Shown here: positions 58,638 to 64,000 of the stretch, one piece after another
Position numbering within the stretch: position 1 is the first letter of the stretch
Layout: each line of letters begins with the position of its first letter
Source: the human T2T-CHM13v2.0 reference genome, Homo sapiens
Strand: one strand, 5' to 3'
DNA: 64,000 nt
Assembly (NCBI RefSeq): GCF_009914755.1
Contig: NC_060942.1
Notes under the pieces: generated by a model
Databases searched by the model: none
What the model saw: the letters and a program-made list of their open reading frames with translations, nothing else
What the model was told of the DNA's origin: nothing
Translations under genes and position numbers: made by a program

Positions 58638-60017
58638 GTGAGTACAGGGAGAGTAGAGGGAAAATGAACAGGTTAACATCAGACAGGCTTCCTCAGGGCA
58701 GTAGTGATGATTTCAACCTGCAGGCTAATACTGAGACAGCAACTATGGGTACACTTTGTTGGGGGAGGGGGGTTGTGACTGCAACTGCCTGGTCACTAAC
58801 AAACTAGACGTCTTCAGAGCCACTTATATTAAAGCAAAATGATTCATCAAAGTTGTCAATGTATGGCCATGGAAAAAGGAGAATATGGAAAATAAGCTTT
58901 ACTTTAACATTTAATCCTAAATACTGGAATATTCATTTAATACTTTATCATTTTGAGATGTGGGTCTGCCCAATCAAGTGACCAACATTCGAATGTTCTT
59001 ACCCGAGGAACTGTTAGTCTGGTTTAAATTAAACTGAAGGAGAATAAAATTAATTACAGCAAGCAAAGAAAAATGTGGACCTAGTGAAAATAGAAGGTAA
59101 ATATGGAAGAAGGAAAATAATTCAAATTGTAAAAATTACTGGCACATGGTTGGATGTGGGTGTGTGTGTGTACGTCCTTATGTACAGACAGGCAAGCTCT
59201 CCTGGGAGATATTCTGTCTTCTTCACTTTATTTGGAGAGGCGCGATGATATTGTACACTGCAGCCTTGAGCATCAGCTGTTTTCCTGCCTGCTCTGCATA
59301 CTGTGGGTCCGTTTTCTTTCACATTAACACAGGGATGGTTCTCAGCAGCGTTTACACAGTGTGTGTTGACTAACCCTCCTGCTAGCACTGTTTGCTTTAG
59401 TCAAGTGTTATGGCTTACAGCCTGATGTAGACTTAGCCAATTGAAGACAGCAGAGGCATTAAGCTTTTAATTCTAGGAGGGTTGACTAAATATGGCATAA
59501 AGTTTAATTTAAACAAGGCCGGACTCCATGACCTTAGCAGAACTGGATATAATGGAACGATATTGTCTGTCCAATTCTTTGCTGGCTCTCCAAACCTTGG
59601 CTCATTCTGCTGGAGCGGGCCGGCTCCTCCACAGCTTCCCGTGACATCCCGTTACTCCCGATCCCTGAGCCATGGAAGATTGTCCCAGGCAGATGGCTCA
59701 GTCATGGATGAGTAATGTCGGTCTTAAAATATTGAGACTCTGAAAGTCAAGAAAAGAGACTGTTCTATAACAGCCGTGTGCTTTCCAAACCCTGCCTTAT
59801 ATCATTGCTATTATCTACGTTGTGGTATTTCCAGAGGCAATATGAGAGATATCCTCCTGCAGAGTTGTGGTTCAGCACTTTATCCTGGGACGTTTAACTA
59901 AAAGTTGTATCTCCCGTCCTTTACAGAATGATTGTCTAAACTGTGAAGTACAGAACAGCTCCGAGCTGAGAGGGAATTGACAGTGTCTGTAAATGTCATT
60001 TGTCCTCAAATTTTTAA

Positions 60018-60081
60018 TCTCCTTGATGTTTGTGGCAAAAGACAATTTCTCTCCTTGATGTTTGTGGCAAAAGATAATTTC
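60018..60081. repeat. 32-bp tandem duplication, one mismatch
   Basis: tctccttgatgtttgtggcaaaaga(c/t)aatttc x2. Confidence 0.92.
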
Positions 60082-60186
60082 TTACGTATTTGATTGAATT
60101 ACAGTTTAACTCGAGACCATTCTAGCCACTGCAAAAGAATATTTCAGCTTCAGTAAGAATACAGAAAATAGTCATTTCATGTATAC

Positions 60187-60225
60187 GTGGGTGTGTGTGT
60201 GTGTGTGTGTGCGTGTGTGTGTGTA
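60187..60225. repeat. Interrupted (GT)n microsatellite
   Basis: Read directly. Confidence 0.9.
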
Positions 60226-60275
60226 GTATGCATTTGGGGAAGATATGTCAGTATGCTTTCAAAAGAATATTTGCA

Positions 60276-60577
60276 GCTGGGCACAGTGGCTCTTGCGTGT
60301 AATCCCAGCACTTTGGGAGGCCGAGGTGGGTGGATCACCTGAGGTCGGGAGTTCAAGACCGGCCTGACCAACGTGGAGAAAACCGGTCTCTGCTAAAAAA
60401 AAAAATACAAAAAAATTAGCCGGGCGTGGTGGCGCATGCCTGTAATCTCAGCTACTTAGGAGGCTGAGGGAGGAGAATCGAACCCAGGAGGCGGAGGTTG
60501 CAGTGAGCCAAGATTGTGCCATTGCACTCCAGCCTGGGTGACAGAGTGAGACACCGTCTCAAAAATAAAAAAAAAAA
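60276..60577 (+). mobile_element. AluSp-like
   Basis: ggtcgggagttc...cctgaccaacgtggagaaaac Sp-type positions; TSD aaaagaatatttgca. Confidence 0.92.
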
Positions 60578-63500
60578 AAAAGAATATTTGCAAGTGTTAT
60601 TTTCTCTTCAGAGAAGGGATTAATAGAGACTGAGAGAATGTTTGACCAAAATTACACAATAAATGATACCTGCTTCTGAAAGAGGAATACTGGGCTTGAA
60701 TCTGCATATAACCAAGAATTCTAGCATCATTTGATGTTGTTTGCTTTTTTCCTGGAAAAAAGTCAAAAGTACTGGCTCCTGTGAGATCTAGAAGAGCTGT
60801 CCATTGTATGTTAAGTAATCAGGATCCAAATCAGCAAGAGCAAACAGTCTTCCTTGTCCTGATATGTAATTGATTTATAAAATTGGACATCGCAAGTGTA
60901 TGAAAAGATGGTGGTCTCAGAAAGAACCGCAGAGGTTTCCTTCTGCTTTGTAGACATTGGCCTTTATGACAGAAATGCAAAGTTGGTGTCACCAAGTTTT
61001 TCTCAGCCTACTTTATTCTTTGAAGCATTCTGTTAGCATCCAATTAATAGTATATTCTTTTTACCAAGTCCCATTTTCAAATGTTCAAAAGTAACCTTTT
61101 GCTTATCCCTAGCATTTCCAGTATCCTGACATCTGGAGGAAGAATTAAAAATATAATCACACATCCAGATGTTGGTCCTGCACCAAACACCTGGCATGTC
61201 CAAACGTGCCAGGGATTGCCTTGCTTTTTCACTCTTTATCCTTGTGGGAACATGCAATCATAATACGCTTCACATTTTTGTAGTGCTGTGCCCCTTTTTC
61301 CCAAACGTATCTGGGTAGGTAGGGGAGATGTTATTATCCATGTTTTACTGAGGCCCAGATAGATGGAAAGTTGTGCTTCAGACCATCTTGGCACAGTGCT
61401 GGGAGTGTAATTAGTGTTCTGATGCCCATCTCAGCCATTTGTCATGGAGTCATGGCTCTACCATGTTTGCATTGCTATTCATATTAATGCCACACCATCC
61501 CTTTGCTAACCCTCTCACCAACATCTGCAAAAATTGCAGCCTACATTTCAGAATTATATTTACAAGAAAAGGAAAAACTAATATTTGTTATTGAATTTTC
61601 TGTGCCTCAGGAGTACAGGTCCCTTTATGGGTTCTTTCTTTTATAACTCCTGTTTCAGATTCTGAAGAACTTTTGAAAGAAGAAGATAGGAAAACATTAA
61701 AAACTCCTTTTCCTTTTGTCTTACAAAACGTACTTTTTAAAAGGGAAAGGCTAATGATAAATACTGATAGCATGATATGCCATCTAGTGAGATCTCTCAG
61801 CCAAAAGCTTCCCCAGGTTAATCTGCTATAATTTTTGTATGAATGATGCCCCTAATCCCCACCACCAAGTCAATACATGCTTGAATTAATTTTCCATCTG
61901 ACCCTCTTGTGGGCTTAGCAGATGTATGTCCCCATACTGCCTAGACTTGGTGATGATGGTCTAAGTACTTTCCTTCTTTCTAAAAGTACCAGCCCAAGGG
62001 AGGGAAAGAAAGACATACACACGCTCCTGTTTGCACTGTGTTGGAATTAATGGAGTCAGCCAGCCCAAAGTTTGGGCAAACATGGAAAGGCATCTCTTCA
62101 TTCATTGCTTTGATATCTTTTCCTTATTTTCACTGATCCCTGGGGGTAGACATCAGAATATCTACTTAGTAAGTTTATTTCCTATTATTTTTAGAAACTC
62201 ATAGATGATTCTGAAAGCACCTAAGTGATTCTCTTTGTCAGAAAAGGTACAGTGTTCTTATTAGGATAGAGTTCTTCAACATAATTCTTGAGAAAGTTTC
62301 TCTGAGGATGAAAACTAATAATAATAATCTGTGTACCCATAAGTAAAGTCAAGATAGCCAGATAACCTCTTATCACAATTTATGTCAGATCCAGGTAACC
62401 TATTTCATGGAAACAGAATAGAGAGAAACTACTCACCTGAAAACCATATGTTGATGGTGGTCCCTGGAGGGCATCCCGGGGTTAAGCTGCCTTCTCTAGA
62501 GAGCTAGAACTATGTTCCCTCCTTGCTCCCTCTTGTAAACGAGTCCCTCCTGAGGCCAGGTGGAGATAAATGGCATTTCCCAGTGGAAGGAAGCAGCTGT
62601 CAAGAATTTAGAAGTGGCTTTCACCCACTAACCTAGCCATGAAAGCAAAATTATGTCTACAGTATTTTATTATGAGCTTGATACTCTCCATATTGCACAC
62701 AGAAATAATACATCACATTTGAAAATGATGCCACACTATATTATTTTTATTTATGTCAAGGAAAAATACGTTTGACAGTGATTTTTTTCTCTACCTGTAA
62801 TTGGATTCCAGGGTATTTCCAAATGTCTGATTGTTTGGCCCTGGGGATATATACGGCCTATATGGCCATGGCCTACTCACCAGCAGACATTATTGACAAA
62901 GGTTAATGATACTTCCTGTCACAGATGCAGGCATTTAAAGTATGGGTAAATATGGCGATTCCTGTAGCCTCCTGATCCTCAAACCTGGAAATAAAATTTA
63001 GACATAGAGTATCATGAAATGTTTAGTTTGTCTAAATGATTTTTCCTGTGGGCATCCATTTGTCCTTTTGGCTGTCATCATTGTTAGCGTTGACTGTCTT
63101 TGTCATCTTCGTTGTGGAAGATGTTCTGAGTCTCCTTCAGGTGTAGGGACTCTCTGAGGTTATCTAATCCACACAGCAGAAATCAGAAACATCTGGTATC
63201 CTATTTCCAACTGGCACGGTAGCAATGGAATATTGTCCATCATCAGCCTAACACTGCATGCTAGTTCTCTTGCATAAACCTTTTGGATGCCTCCAGTTCA
63301 GTGTTTCATGAATTGGCAGGAAACTAGATTCCTTGTGGTTCTATGACTCAGGGCTGCCTCCCTCCCTGCCTCACCTGACTGCTGCTACTTGATACCATTT
63401 TGTCAATTGGACAAAATCTTTCAGCAACTCTACCCAAGGCTGAGGTCCTACCTGCTACACCTGCTGTGGGCAGCCTTTGCAAATCATCGAGTTTTTCTGC

Positions 63501-63697
63501 CTTGCCATTTCTCAGTCTCTAAAAATTTCCCTTTTTCTCCTCATAGAAATGACAGTTGTCTGAAGTGTGTCTTCTTGCATCATATTTGGAAACATTAATT
63601 GGGATTGAGTCCTTCTGAAGTAGACAAAGTATATACCTTAAGTAAAGATAGGCATAGAATGGCACTGGAAAAGTTGGTAAAGAAGAGCATTATTTCT

Positions 63698-63806
63698 AAG
63701 GCAAGAGAATAGCTTGAACCCAGGAGTTCAAGGCTGCAGTGAGCTATGGTCTCGCCACAGCACTACAGCCTGGGTAACAGAGCAAGACCCCAACTCCAAA
63801 AAAAAG
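63698..63806 (+). mobile_element. Alu right-arm fragment (AluJ/FRAM-like)
   Basis: gcttgaacccaggagttcaaggctgcagtgagctatg...cagagcaagacccc + A tail. Confidence 0.82.
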
Positions 63807-63904
63807 AGAAGGGGAGGTGGACATTACCTGATCAAAATTATTATTTCCTAGGCAGCTATTAGGTGTCAAGAGCTATGAAGGAACTGAAACATTACCCTAT
63901 TTGT

Positions 63905-64000
63905 AAGCTAATGTGCTGCCTTGCCACAATTCCGTGGATGCTGGCAGAAGACACAAAATTCCTGGGTCAGAGACAAAGGACTTCATTACTTCTAGTGATA
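63905..64000. mobile_element. Probable ERVL-type LTR start (MER54/MER74-like), truncated by window edge
   Basis: ggatgctggcagaagacac...cctgggtcagagacaaaggacttcattact resembles recalled ERVL LTR consensus; subfamily uncertain. Confidence 0.4.

Overview
This is human or very close great-ape genomic DNA, almost entirely intronic and repeat-rich (Alu, L1, L2, MIR, MER20, Tigger3, MaLR/ERVL LTRs). It holds seven + strand coding exons of the cardiac formin FHOD3: exons 11-17 in the numbering of the long 1622-aa cardiac isoform as I recall it. All seven have canonical AG/GT boundaries and splice into one open frame. Exons 11-13 (525 nt, 175 aa) are the cardiac-specific insert, and exons 15-17 encode the E/R-rich helix that is a hypertrophic cardiomyopathy (HCM) variant hotspot. 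Nearly all ORFs in the supplied track are spurious or repeat-derived. I found no evidence for a wholly new biological system. The best second-look items are: (1) six consecutive phase-2/phase-2 cassette exons; (2) an exon 13 whose 3' end mimics a full splice acceptor; (3) several local template-switch-like scars, namely an inverted L1 copy inside a Tigger3, a duplication wrapped in inverted repeats, and a 26-bp hairpin inside an L1; (4) an AluYd-like element nested in a tail-less AluY; (5) two codons that appear non-reference. Gene numbering, repeat subfamilies and reference comparisons are from memory and need database checks.
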